Translations under genes and position numbers: made by a program
The notes under the pieces: generated by a model
What the model was told of the DNA's origin: nothing
Database searches by the model: none
Seen by the model: the letters and a program-made list of their open reading frames with translations, nothing else
Shown: positions 40,190-50,981 of the stretch, in pieces
Numbering within the stretch: position 1 is the first letter of the stretch
Layout of the letters: every line of letters starts with the position of its first letter
Origin: Alphaproteobacteria bacterium
Lineage (GTDB): Bacteria; Pseudomonadota; Alphaproteobacteria; UBA828
DNA length: 64,000 nt
Direction of reading: 5' to 3'
Assembly: GCA_963667785.2 (NCBI GenBank)
Contig: CAXXMU010000006.1
Coordinates: 1,088,001-1,152,000, forward strand

Positions 40190-40639
40190 ATGTTGCAACT
40201 GATCAATCGCCTCTTCCACTTCGAGCGGAGCGACGGCAACGGCGCGACGGCGCGCTACCTGCATCGGTGGACGCTTCTGCGGCTGTGGGGTGGCCGAGCG
40301 GTCTACCTGCACCACTTCGTCGGCTCGGACTGGTCGCGCGATCTGCACGACCATCCGAAGTCGTTTCTCTCGATCGGCCTATGGGGCTCGTACATCGAGG
40401 AACGTCACGGCCGCCTCGGATGGCGGCGCGATGAGCGTGGGCGAATCGTGCGCCGCCGGTACCGTGCGCCCTGGGTCCGGTGGTTCCCGGCGACCCACAT
40501 CCATCGCCTCGACGTGCCCCACAACTGCTGGACGCTCGTGATCGTCGGCAAGCAGTGCCGCCAGTGGGGCTTCTACACCGCCGAGGGGTGGAACCCCTGG
40601 GATGAATACGTCCGGCTGCATGGAGGGAAGAAGCCGTAA
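40190..40639 (+). CDS. Phage-associated conserved hypothetical protein (cupin-like HDHP motif)
   Basis: Pattern YLHHF..SD..RDLHDHP...H.HRL...WTL...WGF, which I recognise from phage early-region proteins. Confidence 0.65.
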   Translation: MLQLINRLFHFERSDGNGATARYLHRWTLLRLWGGRAVYLHHFVGSDWSRDLHDHPKSFLSIGLWGSYIEERHGRLGWRRDERGRIVRRRYRAPWVRWFPATHIHRLDVPHNCWTLVIVGKQCRQWGFYTAEGWNPWDEYVRLHGGKKP

Positions 40640-40959
40640 TGGCTGAAGCACCGGCGCGACCCCGCATCCATCATTTCAACGGCACGTGGGGAGAGGAGCA
40701 ATGCGGCCGCTGCCAACTTGCCTCGCCCACCGAATACGTCCGCGCCGACGTCGCCGACGAGCACAAGCGGCAGAGGGATGCGCTGCTCGAGGCGACGCGG
40801 GCGCTCCTGGCGAGTGCCTTGCCCGAAGAGCACTGCCACGCCTGCGATTACTCCATCGAAGGGTCGGGGGTGCGGTACACGCTGAAGCATGAGGACGAAT
40901 GTCCTGTGCCCAGAGCCCGCGCCGCCATCGCCGCGTGCGAGGGGACGGGCGATGGCTGA
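40639..40959 (+). CDS. Hypothetical phage-like protein
   Basis: Translationally coupled (TAATG); EYVRAD and LLEA...ARAAIA motifs. Confidence 0.55.
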   Translation: MAEAPARPRIHHFNGTWGEEQCGRCQLASPTEYVRADVADEHKRQRDALLEATRALLASALPEEHCHACDYSIEGSGVRYTLKHEDECPVPRARAAIAACEGTGDG

Positions 40960-41077
40960 GCGGTTTACCAAGTCCGCGCAGATCCGCATGTGCGGCAACA
41001 GCGTCTGCCCGCCGATGGCCGAGGCGTTGGTCCGGGCGAACATCCCCGTGAACGCAGAAGCGAGGGCGGCCGCATGA
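40952..41077 (+). pseudogene. C-terminal remnant of a phage C5-cytosine methyltransferase
   Basis: KSAQIRMCGNSVCPPMAEALVRAN corresponds to Dcm motif X; the rest of the enzyme is missing. Confidence 0.7.
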
Positions 41078-42885
41078 CGCACCCCGTTCCCGCCGGTGCG
41101 CTCGAGAAGCACATCGCCGTCCTCGGCAAGACCGGCTCCGGCAAGTCCAACCTCGCGAAGACGATTGCGGAGGATCTGCTCGCGCGCGGCGCCCGGGTCT
41201 GCGTGATCGACCCGACCGGGACCTGGTGGGGGCTCCGCCTCATGGCGGACGGCGAGACGCCCTCCGGCCATCCCATCGTCATCTTCGGCGGGCAGCACGC
41301 GGACCTGCCGGTCGCGGCCGCGCACGGCGAGCACATCGCGCGCGCCATCGGCACCTCGTCGACACCCGCCATCATCGACGCACGCGAGCTCAGCGTGGCC
41401 GACCGCACCACGTTCTTCACCGACTTCGCCGAGACGCTGGTTCGGGTCAACCGCGGCGCGCTCACGCTGATCGTCGATGAGGCGCACCTCTTCATGCCGC
41501 AGTCCGGCGCACGGGTGGGCGGCGGTGCGCCGAAGATGCTCCATGCCGGGAACAACCTGGTGAGTCTCGGGCGCGGCGTGGGGCTCCGCATCGTCCTGAT
41601 CTCACAGCGCCCGGCGAAGCTGCACAAGGACAGCCTCACCCAGGTCGAGACGCTGGTCGCCATGCGCCTGATCGCGCCGTAGGACCGCAAGGCGATCGGA
41701 GAGTGGATCGACGAATGGGCGTCGGGCCATGACGCGGCCGGCCTCACGGCATCCCTCCCCTCCCTGCCGACGGGCGATGCCTGGGTCTGGTCGCCGGAGA
41801 TCGACCACCTGGAGCGCGCGCACTGTCCGCTGGCCGCCACCTACGACAGCGGCCGCATCAGGGACCGGGAGACCCCGGACCTGCCGCCGATCGACGTGGC
41901 GGAGATCGCGGGCCGGCTCGAGAAGGCGGGCTCCGATCTTCTGGCCGATGACCCTAAACGGCTACGGCGCCTGATCGCGGACCTGGAGCGCAAGCTGCGG
42001 GAGAAGGCCGCCGCCGGCGTGGACGAGGCCGAGATCACGCGCCGGGTTTCGGCGGCGGTGGCGACGATCCATGACGGCTACGCCCGCCACACCTCGGAGG
42101 CGGGCGCCGCGCTCATGGAGATCTCCCGCGACCTGGGCACCCTGGCTGGGAGGCTCGACGCGGTGCGCGGCGTGCTCGTGTCAGAGGGCCCGCCGGCACC
42201 GACCAAGCCCCCGAAAGGTGCAAGTTCGGGGCCGAGTTCGTTTAGTAGGGGGCCGAGTTCGCCTAGTCCGGCGCCCGAAGATGCAAGTAACGGCCAGGAA
42301 GCTCCAAGTAGCCACTCCCAGCCGGGCACCGACCGGGCGCCCGCTGGTTCTTTGACGCGCAGAAAAAGCCCGTCAAACAACGAGCCGACCGGCCTCTCGG
42401 GCCCGCAGCAGCGCGTCATTGATGCGCTCGCGTGGCTGAGCAGCCTCGGCTTCGGCGAGCGGGCCAGCCGCATTCAGGTGGCGTTCCTGGCCCGGTACAA
42501 GCCCAAGGGCGGGTCCTTCAACAACACCCTGGGCTCGCTGCGCACGGGCGGCCTCATCGAGTACCCGTCGTCGGGCGAGGTCAAGCTGACCGGTGAAGGC
42601 CACAGGCTCGCGCGGCATCCCGACGTCCCGCTCACGGACGAAGCGCTGCACAAGGCGGTCATGGAGCGCCTCGACGGGCCGCAGCGGCGGGTCCTGCAGC
42701 CTCTGATCGACCGCTATCCCCTCGACATGACGGTCGAGGAACTTGCCGACGATGCCGGCTACGAGGCGGGCGGCGGATCCTTCAACAACACGCGCGGCAG
42801 CCTTCGGTCGCTGGGCCTCGTCGACTATCCGAGCCCCGGCCGGGTCGTGGCGCTGCCGGTGCTGTTCGCGAGCGGGGGGAGGTGA
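41074..42885 (+). pseudogene. HerA/DUF87-like P-loop ATPase with tandem C-terminal wHTH-like repeats, split by one in-frame TAG (41680-41682)
   Basis: Motifs GKTGSGKS, IVDEAH and SQRPA. The frame continues after the TAG (DRKAIGEWID...) into ORF 41896-42885. Confidence 0.8.
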
Positions 42886-43067
42886 CGATGCGCGCCATCA
42901 CGGACCGAGACCGGGCCATGTGCCGGGACCACGACTTTCCGAGCAGCGAGAGCTGCCTGCGGTTCATGGCGAAGCCGGCGCTGTTCCAGGTCTGCGCCGA
43001 CCTGGGCCGGGATGACGGCGCCGAGCGGTGCAAGAGCTTCATTCCGATGGAGGAGGCGACCGAATGA
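42882..43067 (+). CDS. Small Cys-containing hypothetical protein
   Basis: Coupled start/stop overlaps on both sides. Confidence 0.5.
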   Translation: MTMRAITDRDRAMCRDHDFPSSESCLRFMAKPALFQVCADLGRDDGAERCKSFIPMEEATE

Positions 43068-43160
43068 AAGCCTGGGCGATCGACATGCTGGCGCTGTTCG
43101 GCGTCGCCGTCGTGATGGTCGTCGTGATCCTCGCGGCGAGCGTGGTGGTGGGGCCGTAAG
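43064..43160 (+). CDS. Small single-TM peptide
   Basis: MKAWAIDMLALFGVAVVMVVVILAASVVVGP; GGAGG Shine-Dalgarno and ATGA overlap. Confidence 0.45.
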
Positions 43161-43504
43161 TGTCCCGGATGCCGAGCAAGCAGCGCCGCAAGCGGCGGAA
43201 CGCCCGGAAGGGCATGCGCGTCCACAAGCGCCGGAACAAGTGGCGGCGGCTCAAGGGAGCCGCGACCTGCGCTCGCGGCGCTCTCATCGTGGCCGCAGGC
43301 GGGGAAGTGCCGGGCTCTCTGCAAGCTCTCGCCGACGCGGCGCGCGCGATGCTGCGTGAGCAGCGGATCGAACCGGCGTTCGGCGATGCGCTGCCCATCG
43401 CTCAGATCAACGACCCGAGGCGTGGAGACGATCACGCCCGCGTGCTCGCCATGTTCGACCGAGCCATCGAGGCGGAAAAGGCGGCGGCCACACCCTCCGG
43501 CTAA
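43160..43504 (+). CDS. Hypothetical phage-like protein
   Basis: C-terminal ND..R..H..VL.MFDRAI pattern resembles small phage proteins. Confidence 0.45.
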   Translation: MSRMPSKQRRKRRNARKGMRVHKRRNKWRRLKGAATCARGALIVAAGGEVPGSLQALADAARAMLREQRIEPAFGDALPIAQINDPRRGDDHARVLAMFDRAIEAEKAAATPSG

Positions 43505-43507
43505 AGC

Positions 43508-44731
43508 CTACGCCCCCAGGCTGGCGCGCCATTCGGCCATGGTCTTGTTGCCCTTGCTGCGGTTGCAGCCGGAGCAGAGAAGCTGGAGGTTGTCGGGGTG
43601 ATCGCTCCCGCCGCGCGAGCGGGGTAGCATGTGGTCCACGTCCATCACGCGGAAGGGGAAGTGCGTCTCGCAGCCGGCGCAGACGCCCTCCTGCTCGCCG
43701 TAGAGGCGATGCCGGTGCGTCCGGTAGTTTGGGAGGTCGCCCAGGTCCGTACGCTTGGGTGGCTCGGTGAGCGCCGTCGCGCCGCCCCACAGGCCGCGAT
43801 CCTCGGCGATCCGGTCGTTGACCAGCCTTATCGCCAGCGGCGACAGGTCGACGCCAGCCCAATGTCGGCCAAGGCGATCCGCCGCGACCAGGGCCGTCGC
43901 GCAGCCGCAGAAGGGATCGAAAACCATGTCGCCTTCATTGGAACTGGCGCGAATGATCCGGTCCAACAGCGCCAGCGGCTTCTGTGTCGGATACCCAAGC
44001 CGCTCCCTCGCCGCTGGCATCAGATATGGGATAGTCCACACATCGTCGATTTTCTCTTGATCGATCGTCATGTATTGCACCCGGCCGTCACCATCCTTGG
44101 CGTTGACGATCCGCTTTGTTTCCTTGTCCCAGACCCGTTTGAGGTATCTCTTCGGCTTGTCGAGTTTCTCGAAGACCGGAGAAAATTGGCCATCGGCTTC
44201 TGGGGAGGAGATGTAGAACAGCAAGCGATCTGAATTTCGCGTGAAGTGTTTCATCGCGGCCTTCTGGTACTTCTTGTAGCGCCAAACGATCTCGTTTCGG
44301 AACAATCCCCGTCCGAACACGCTGTCCATCAGCAGCTTCAGATAGTGGCTCGCGGTCGGGTCGCAGTGCAGATAGATCGAGCCTGTCGGCTTGAGCACCC
44401 GGCGCATCTCCAGCAGCCGCACGGCCATGAAGATCAGGTAGGACTGCATCCCCTTGCCGTGCGCCTGGCGCGCGGCCTCGATCACCGAGTAGGCCGCCGG
44501 GTTCCGGTCCGCCAGCTCGCCGTGCTCGTGCACGTCCACGTCGTCCAGCGTCCACGCGTCCTTGAACGCCGCGCCCGCCGCCTTGCTGCCGATGGGTGCC
44601 TCGTAGTGGCGGTTCGAGTTGAAGGGCGGGTCGAGGTAGATCAGATCGACGCAGGCATCGTTCATGCCGCGCATCACGGCGAGGTTGTCGCCGGTCCAGA
44701 CCGTGCCGCTCGCGAAATTGGGCTCGACCAT
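43508..44731 (-). CDS. Beta-class N6/N4 DNA methyltransferase fused to a C-terminal HNH endonuclease
   Basis: MTase motifs DLIYLDPPF, YPTQKP and FDPFCGCAT; HNH motif CAGC...VDH..PRSRGG...NLQLLC..CN.SK. Confidence 0.9.
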   Translation of the reverse strand: MVEPNFASGTVWTGDNLAVMRGMNDACVDLIYLDPPFNSNRHYEAPIGSKAAGAAFKDAWTLDDVDVHEHGELADRNPAAYSVIEAARQAHGKGMQSYLIFMAVRLLEMRRVLKPTGSIYLHCDPTASHYLKLLMDSVFGRGLFRNEIVWRYKKYQKAAMKHFTRNSDRLLFYISSPEADGQFSPVFEKLDKPKRYLKRVWDKETKRIVNAKDGDGRVQYMTIDQEKIDDVWTIPYLMPAARERLGYPTQKPLALLDRIIRASSNEGDMVFDPFCGCATALVAADRLGRHWAGVDLSPLAIRLVNDRIAEDRGLWGGATALTEPPKRTDLGDLPNYRTHRHRLYGEQEGVCAGCETHFPFRVMDVDHMLPRSRGGSDHPDNLQLLCSGCNRSKGNKTMAEWRASLGA

Positions 44732-44749
44732 GGATTGAGCGGCTGCTCG

Positions 44750-45334
44750 TCAGCCACCACCTCCGCACCGGATCGAGAACAGCGCCCAGGGCCACATGAG
44801 CTCCTCGTCCTCCGTGGCCGGCCGATCCCCCGGCGGGTCGAACACCAGCCAGAGCGGGCCCCGCCCGCCGATGGCGTGGCGCTTCCCGTCGGCCCGCGTC
44901 GCCAGCACCCAGTCATGCGCTCCGACCTCGGCCGCCGGAATCTCCGTGGCGAAGCCGTCGAGCGCGAGCGTGGTGACCGCCGCGCCGGCAGCGCAGCCCG
45001 CCGCCTCGAGCACGTCCGCGAGGCGCGGACCGGAGAAGTGGATGGGCTCGGGCCACCCCTCGTAGGCGATGACGATCTCGCGCGTACCGAGGCGGTCCAG
45101 CGTGGCCAGGTCGAATTCGACGGCGCGGTCGAACTCCTGCTCGTGGTAGGCGAAGAAGACATCGCGCACCGGGTCGAAGGGCGAGCGGTTGGCATGCGCG
45201 AGGTCGCCCGCCACGGTGAGAACCACGGCGCCGGTGGGCCTCGGCGGATCCGCGCTCGTCGCCGGGCCGGTGGCCGCGGCGACCGAAATACCAGCCAGCA
45301 GGACGGCGATCGCCGCCACAACGATGGTCCTCAT
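44750..45334 (-). CDS. Periplasmic molybdopterin-oxidoreductase-like domain protein
   Basis: Signal peptide; motifs FSGPRLADVL, ALDGF and GRGPLWLV. Confidence 0.7.
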   Translation of the reverse strand: MRTIVVAAIAVLLAGISVAAATGPATSADPPRPTGAVVLTVAGDLAHANRSPFDPVRDVFFAYHEQEFDRAVEFDLATLDRLGTREIVIAYEGWPEPIHFSGPRLADVLEAAGCAAGAAVTTLALDGFATEIPAAEVGAHDWVLATRADGKRHAIGGRGPLWLVFDPPGDRPATEDEELMWPWALFSIRCGGGG

Positions 45335-45449
45335 GGGATCCCCGCTCCCCGCCCGCCCGTTGCCATTCCGGCGATGGAGCATATGATGGCGGCCACGCCA
45401 GTCAAGGACGGTCGCCAAGGGCTGGTTCCAGAAGACTAGGAGAGAGCCG

Positions 45450-45749
45450 ATGCACGTCGTCGCTTTCGTGACACACAAGCCGGGACGGGTCGAAGCAGGC
45501 AGCGAGCTTCAGGGTGGCTACACCGACTATCTGCGCGAGCATCCTGATCATCCCGACGTTGTCGTTCACAACGGCGGCCCGACACTCGACGATGCCTCGG
45601 AGTCCATCGTCGGCCTGCTCCTGATCGCCGAGGCGCCTTCTCTCGAGGCGGTACGGGCATTCCTGGCGGACAGTCCTTATGGCAAGGCGGACGTCTTCGC
45701 CGACGTTCAGGTCCGGCCGTGGGAGTGGAGGACGGGTCGTCCCGGCTAG
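45450..45749 (+). CDS. YciI-family protein
   Basis: Pattern GGPTLDD...GLLLIAEA...FLADSPY.KA.VF; 99 aa. Confidence 0.78.
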   Translation: MHVVAFVTHKPGRVEAGSELQGGYTDYLREHPDHPDVVVHNGGPTLDDASESIVGLLLIAEAPSLEAVRAFLADSPYGKADVFADVQVRPWEWRTGRPG

Positions 45750-45783
45750 CGCCGGGAAGCTCCTGCTCCTTCACCCGAAAGGC

Positions 45784-46284
45784 ATGCAGATGATGCGCAA
45801 GATCGCGCTGGCCGTTGCTGCGATGGGATTCGTGCTCGGGGCTCATGGCGCGGTCGCCGAGGAAAGCGGCGGCTTCCGCCTGCTCGGGAGCCTGACCTAC
45901 GACTACATGACGATCGACCATGCTGGCGGCACTGTTACAGGGGGTCCGTTGGAGGGAACGGTCACCGTGATCGAGAGCACGGGTGCTCCGTTCATCGAGG
46001 GTGCCGACAGCCTCGCGACGTGCCTGGCTCTGGCGAAGATGTCGGACGCGGGTGCTGACATCGACTCATACTGCACGATGGCGGACGCCTCGGGGGATAA
46101 CTGGTATTCGATGGCGAAGAGAGTCGCCGGCGACATCCGCGAGGGCGGCGGCGGCCCCGGGCGATGGGAGCTGATGGGCGGCACCGGAAAGTATGCCGGG
46201 ATCTCGGGGGCCTGCTCCTACGTCACCGAGTACCTGCCGGAGAATCATCTCGTCTCGACCCTGGACTGCACCTGGGAGAGATAG
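45784..46284 (+). CDS. Secreted hypothetical beta-barrel protein
   Basis: Signal peptide and GGTGKYAGISG motif. Confidence 0.7.
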   Translation: MQMMRKIALAVAAMGFVLGAHGAVAEESGGFRLLGSLTYDYMTIDHAGGTVTGGPLEGTVTVIESTGAPFIEGADSLATCLALAKMSDAGADIDSYCTMADASGDNWYSMAKRVAGDIREGGGGPGRWELMGGTGKYAGISGACSYVTEYLPENHLVSTLDCTWER

Positions 46285-46594
46285 ACAGGGCCGTCGAGGC
46301 GGAACCATGACCGACCGTGACGAGCGGTTGCAGCCCGTCTGCCCCGTGTGTGGGGCCAGGGCCGACGATGACCCGCTGCCGTGCCATGCGGGCTATGTGG
46401 ATGCCCTGACCTGCCCGGCCTTCCCCGATGACGTCGGCGAGGCCGGGGGAGGGAAGCTGATCGAGCCGAAGGAGCGCCAGACGTAGCCGACGCCAGGGCG
46501 ATGGGTAGGGCCCTGGGTCGAAGGGCGCGCGGCTGGAGCTCGCTAGTTCGCCTGCCACGGCGAGTGCCACGAAATTGCGGTACGTGGAGAAGCC

Positions 46595-46714
46595 AAAAGC
46601 CTCCGCCGTACGGCGGAGGCTTTTGATGCCGGTGGGTGATCCTGGGACACCGAGCCCGCACGAAGGATCGATTTGCTGCGAAAAGGAAACCGACCGCTTC
46701 TCGATTTGCTACGG
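46595..46714 (-). ncRNA. tracrRNA
   Basis: Anti-repeat GUAGCAAAUCGAGAAGCGGUCG (46691-46712) is complementary to the minus-strand repeat, followed by hairpins and the terminator AAAAGCCUCCGCC-GUAC-GGCGGAGGCUUUU. Divergent from cas9. Confidence 0.9.
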
Positions 46715-46752
46715 GGACGATGTTAGCGTGAGGCACGAACAAAGCAAGGGGA

Positions 46753-49700
46753 ATGACTCGCGTGCCGCTCGTATTCGGCCTCGACATCGGCACAACCTCG
46801 GTCGGCTTCGCCGTGATCGACCACGATGTCGAGCACGCCACAGGACACATCCGTCGTCTCGGCGTGCGAATCTTCCCGGAAGCCCGCGATCCGAAGGGCG
46901 TGCCGCTGAACCAGGAGCGGCGGCAGGCGCGTCTTCGTCGCCGTCAATTACGCCGCCGGCGAGAGCGCCGGCGCTTGCTCGCCGACCTGCTGTGCGACGC
47001 GGAGCATACTCCCGATCCGGCGGATCACGCCGAGTCAAGGACGAGTCGCCAATGAAGCTGGTTCCAGAAGATCTCCGGAGAGAGCGCGTTTGCACGTCGT
47101 CGCTCTCTCGTCGACACAGCGAAGCCGGGACGGGTCGATCTAGCATCTGGCCCAGCGCCGGCACTTCAAGGGTGCGGGACTATCGACCAGACTATCTGAC
47201 GATGCCGATGGCGCATCCTGATCGATCGCGGACGACAAGTTGTCGTTCATCAGCGCGAGAGGAGCCCGTTCAGGCATCGAAGATGCCTCGGCAAGTCCAC
47301 TCGTGCCTGGCCTGGCGGAACGCTGATCGCACGAGCGCAAACGCGGCGAGCACGTCTCGCGGGCGACTGTGGAGAACGAGTTTGACGATGTCCTGGGGCC
47401 GACAGCCCTTCCGAGGGATTTCCGGGAGCAAGTTCGCGGCACGATCTTCAGCCGAGCGTTCAGGTCTTCTGGCGCATGAACACGCTAGGAGGACGTGCCG
47501 CTTCGTCCCGAGCGCTAGCGCCTGTGCCCGAAGGGCTCCTGGCTCCTTCACCCGCAAAGGCGGATGCTGGAGAAGCTGATACAATCTGGAGATCGCGGCT
47601 GGCAACCAACGTTTGCTGCGATAACGAAGATTCGTGCTCGGGGCTCATGGCGCAAGCTGCAAACGCAGGAAAGTCGATGCGGCTTGGGGCGGTGCTCGGG
47701 AGCGGCTGACTCTAGCCGCTCTACATGACGATCGACGAACCGGCGGGGAAAGGCGGCTGAAGTTCAACCAGGAGGAAGTCCGTTGAGAGAGGAAACTACT
47801 CGGTCAATCCGTGCTCGAGAGCCAAACGGGCTGGCCCCGTTCATCGGACGGGTGGCATGACTAGCCTCGCGAGCAGTGCATCAGGGCTGCCGTGCACGAA
47901 GATGTCTGGCACGCCGGGTACGCTGACAGTCGACTCATACTGCACGATGGTCGGGACGCCTCGGCGGCGACAACTGGTAGCTTCGCATGGCGAAGAGGCA
48001 GCGCGCCGCTTCGCGGAGAATTCGGCGTTTCTGAGCAGCGGGGGCGCGCAACCCGGGCGCATGGGAGCTGATGGGCGGCACCGGAACCGTACTCGCTCGA
48101 GGATCTCGGGGGCCATGCTGCCTACGTCACTGGAGGTAGGCCTGCGGTTCGAATCATCTCGTCAACGGTCCGAATTGGGAAGGCTGGCGGACCTGGAGAC
48201 GATCCCGGACAGCGAAACCGTCCCCACAGGCGGAAATCCATAGACCGCTTGCCGTGCCCAACCGAGCAAGGAAGCAGCCCCGTCTGCATCGCCTTGCTGC
48301 GCAACCCCACGGTGGCGCGTACGACAGACCCGAACTGCGCAAGGTCGTCAACAATCTGATCGGGCTATGTTCGGCATGCCGGATCTGATCCTGCCCGGCC
48401 TTGACACCCGATGACGGCCTGGCGAGGCGGGAGCGCGAGGAAAAGCCGTCCCGCATCCGCCGCCAGGAACCGCGTCGGAACTCGTGCTCGTGATAGGCGC
48501 TCCAGCAAGACGGGTTCGCGGAACCGGATCCCGCGCGGATGTCGAGAAATGGATGCTCTGGGAGGAGTGCGGCCACCGCTGTCCGTACACCGGAGACACG
48601 ATTTCATTCGACGCCCTGTTCCGCACCGGGGACTTCGAGGTCGAACACATCTGGCCGAGATTCCGCTCGCTCGACAACAGCTTCATGAACAAGACCCTCT
48701 GCCGCAAGGACGTAAACCTCCGAAAGGGCAACCAGACCCCATATGAGCTCTTTCGAAGCAACGAGGAAGAATGGGCTGCACTTGCCAACCGGCTGGCCGG
48801 CATGAAGGCCGCCAGGGGTGGAACGGGCATGTCTCCCGGCAAGATCAGGCGGTTCCTGGCGCCCTCCATCCCGGAGAATTTCGCCACGCGGCAACTGAAC
48901 GACACCGGTTACGCTGCGCGTGAGGCGGTCGCCTATCTCAAGAAGCTGTGGCCGGACCAGGGACCGGAAGCGCCCGTGAAGGTCTTCGCCGTATCCGGCC
49001 GCGTGACGGGGCACCTTCGCCGGTTGTGGCGCCTGAACAACATTCTGGCCGAAGACGGCGAGAAGACCCGCGCTGATCACCGCCATCACGCGATCGATGC
49101 GCTGACGGTCGCGTGCTGCCACCCGGGGATGACGCAGAAACTCTCCCGATATTGGCAGGAAGAGGACGATCCTCGCGCGCCGCAGCCGCACCTTCCCCCG
49201 CCCTGGGAAACGATTCGAAGCGACGCCGAACGGGTGGCCGCGGCCATCGTCGTGTCCCATCGGGTTCGCAGGAAGGTCTCCGGGCAGCTGCACAAGGAGA
49301 CGATCTACGGCGACACCGGCGAGGAAATCACGGGCGGACGCGGAACGACATACCGCTATTTCGTCCGCCGCAAACCCGTCGAAGAATTGAAGAACTCCGA
49401 GTCCGAGCGCTTCAACGGAACCAGGATCATCGACATCGTCGATGACGGCGTGCGCGACATCGTCCACGGATGGGTCGACAAGCATGGCGGCGATCCCGGC
49501 GCGGCGTTCGTGGACGGCTATCCCAAACGGGGCAGGAAAGGCCCCGAAATCCGCAAGGTCCGCCTGCGCGTAAAGCAGCAGATCGAGCTGATGACGAAAG
49601 CCTCCACGGGCTATGCCGACCTGGGCAACAATCATCACATCGCGATCTACCGGCTGGGCGACGGAGCCGTCGACTACGAGGTGGTCAGCCTGCTGGAGGC

Positions 49701-50031
49701 CTCGCGCCGCAAGGCGCGGCACGAGCCCGTCGTCCGGCGGGATCGCGGCGACGGTGCGCAGTTCGTGATGTCGCTGTCTCCCGGTGAAATCGTTGAATTG
49801 CGGCAAAGCAAAGAGGCCGGATTATGGGTCATGCAGGGGATCAAATCTTCCGGTCGCCCTGTTCTCGCGAGAATCAACGACGCACGTCCTACATCAGGAA
49901 CGGAGGCCGGCAGACTGCGAATGGACGGCAAACGGGAAACATTCGAGCCTCGCTTCGGCGGATTCATGAAGAGAGATCCCAAGAAACTATCGGTAGATCC
50001 CATCGGACGCGTACGTCCGGCCAACGACTGA
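46753..50031 (+). pseudogene. cas9: Type II-C Cas9; reading frame destroyed at about 47001-48480 in this assembly (probably an artefact)
   Basis: RuvC-I GLDIGTTSVG, bridge helix RRQARLRRRQLRRR, HNH EVEHIWP..NKTL, RuvC-III HHAIDA. Cas9 fragments HLAQRRHFKG, LCPKGSWL and ELRKVVNNLIG survive in the scrambled part. Confidence 0.9.
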
Positions 50032-50043
50032 GCGTGCCCGGCG

Positions 50044-50981
50044 ATGATCCGCAAGACCATCGAGTTCTCGACGCCCGGCACGCGGCTCTCAGTCGCCAAC
50101 AGCCAGCTCGTGGTCGAGCGGCCCGACCTGCCGAAAGCGACCCTTCCCATCGAGGATCTCGGCGTGGTCATCGTGGACGACGTCCGGGCAACCTACACGC
50201 AGTCCGTCTTTCTCTCGCTTCTGGAAGCCGGCGCCACAGTGCTGGTCACGGGCCGCGATCACTTGCCCGCGGGAATGATGCTTCCGCTCGATGCCCATCA
50301 CGTTCAGACCGAACGTCACCGTGCCCAGGTCGAGACCAGCGCGCCGGTTCGCAAACGCGTCTGGCAGGCGATCGTGCGGGCTAAGATCGTTCAGCAGGCC
50401 ACCGTGCTCTCCCATTTCACCGGAAGTCACGGGGGGCTCGTTCCGATGGCGCGCCGGGTCCGTTCGGGCGATCCGGACAACCTCTTGAAGCCCAGGCTGC
50501 GCAGAGATACTGGCCGCGCCTGTTCGGCAAGACGTTCCGCCGCGACCGCGAAGCCGATGGTGTGAATGCACTCCTGAACTACGGCTACGCGGTCGTTCGG
50601 GCCGCCGTGGCGCGCGGCGTGGTGGCGGCCGGATTGATTCCCTCTCTCGGTGTCCACCATCGGCATCGCGGCAATCCGTTCTGTCTGGCGGACGATCTGC
50701 TGGAACCGTACCGCCCTTACGTCGACTGGCGGGTCCGCCAAATGGCCGGGGAGGACGGAGAGTCGCCGCCCGATCTGGAGGAGCGCGAAACTCGCGCCGC
50801 CCTCCTTTCGCTGCTCAACGAAACCGTCCACGTAGGCGGTCGTCGGGAGCCATTGCTGCTTGCCCTCCAGACCAGTGCGGCCTCCCTGTGCCGGACGCTC
50901 ACCGGCGGCGACCGCACCCTGGCGCTTCCGGAAGGACTCCCGGTGGAGCCCGATCTGGTCGATGCCGCCGAGATCGGTTGA
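50044..50981 (+). pseudogene. cas1: Cas1 (type II), frameshifted by a 2-nt excess near 50485
   Basis: IEDLG in the first frame. GDPDNL then continues in another frame as EAQAAQRYW...NALLNYGY...LADDLLEPYRP. Confidence 0.9.

Noticed and set aside
41680-41682. Pyrrolysine or programmed amber recoding, given the corrinoid genes nearby
   Set aside because: No pyl genes in the window, TAG is a normal stop in many genes here, and a single C>T change explains it.
46307-46486. Small CxxC ORF before the tracrRNA
   Set aside because: Short, with no recognisable family; not enough support to list as a feature.
47001-48435. A novel split or naturally inactivated Cas9, or separate small genes inside cas9
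   Set aside because: Fine-scale interleaving with the neighbouring sequence is better explained by a consensus artefact; the small ORFs have no independent support.
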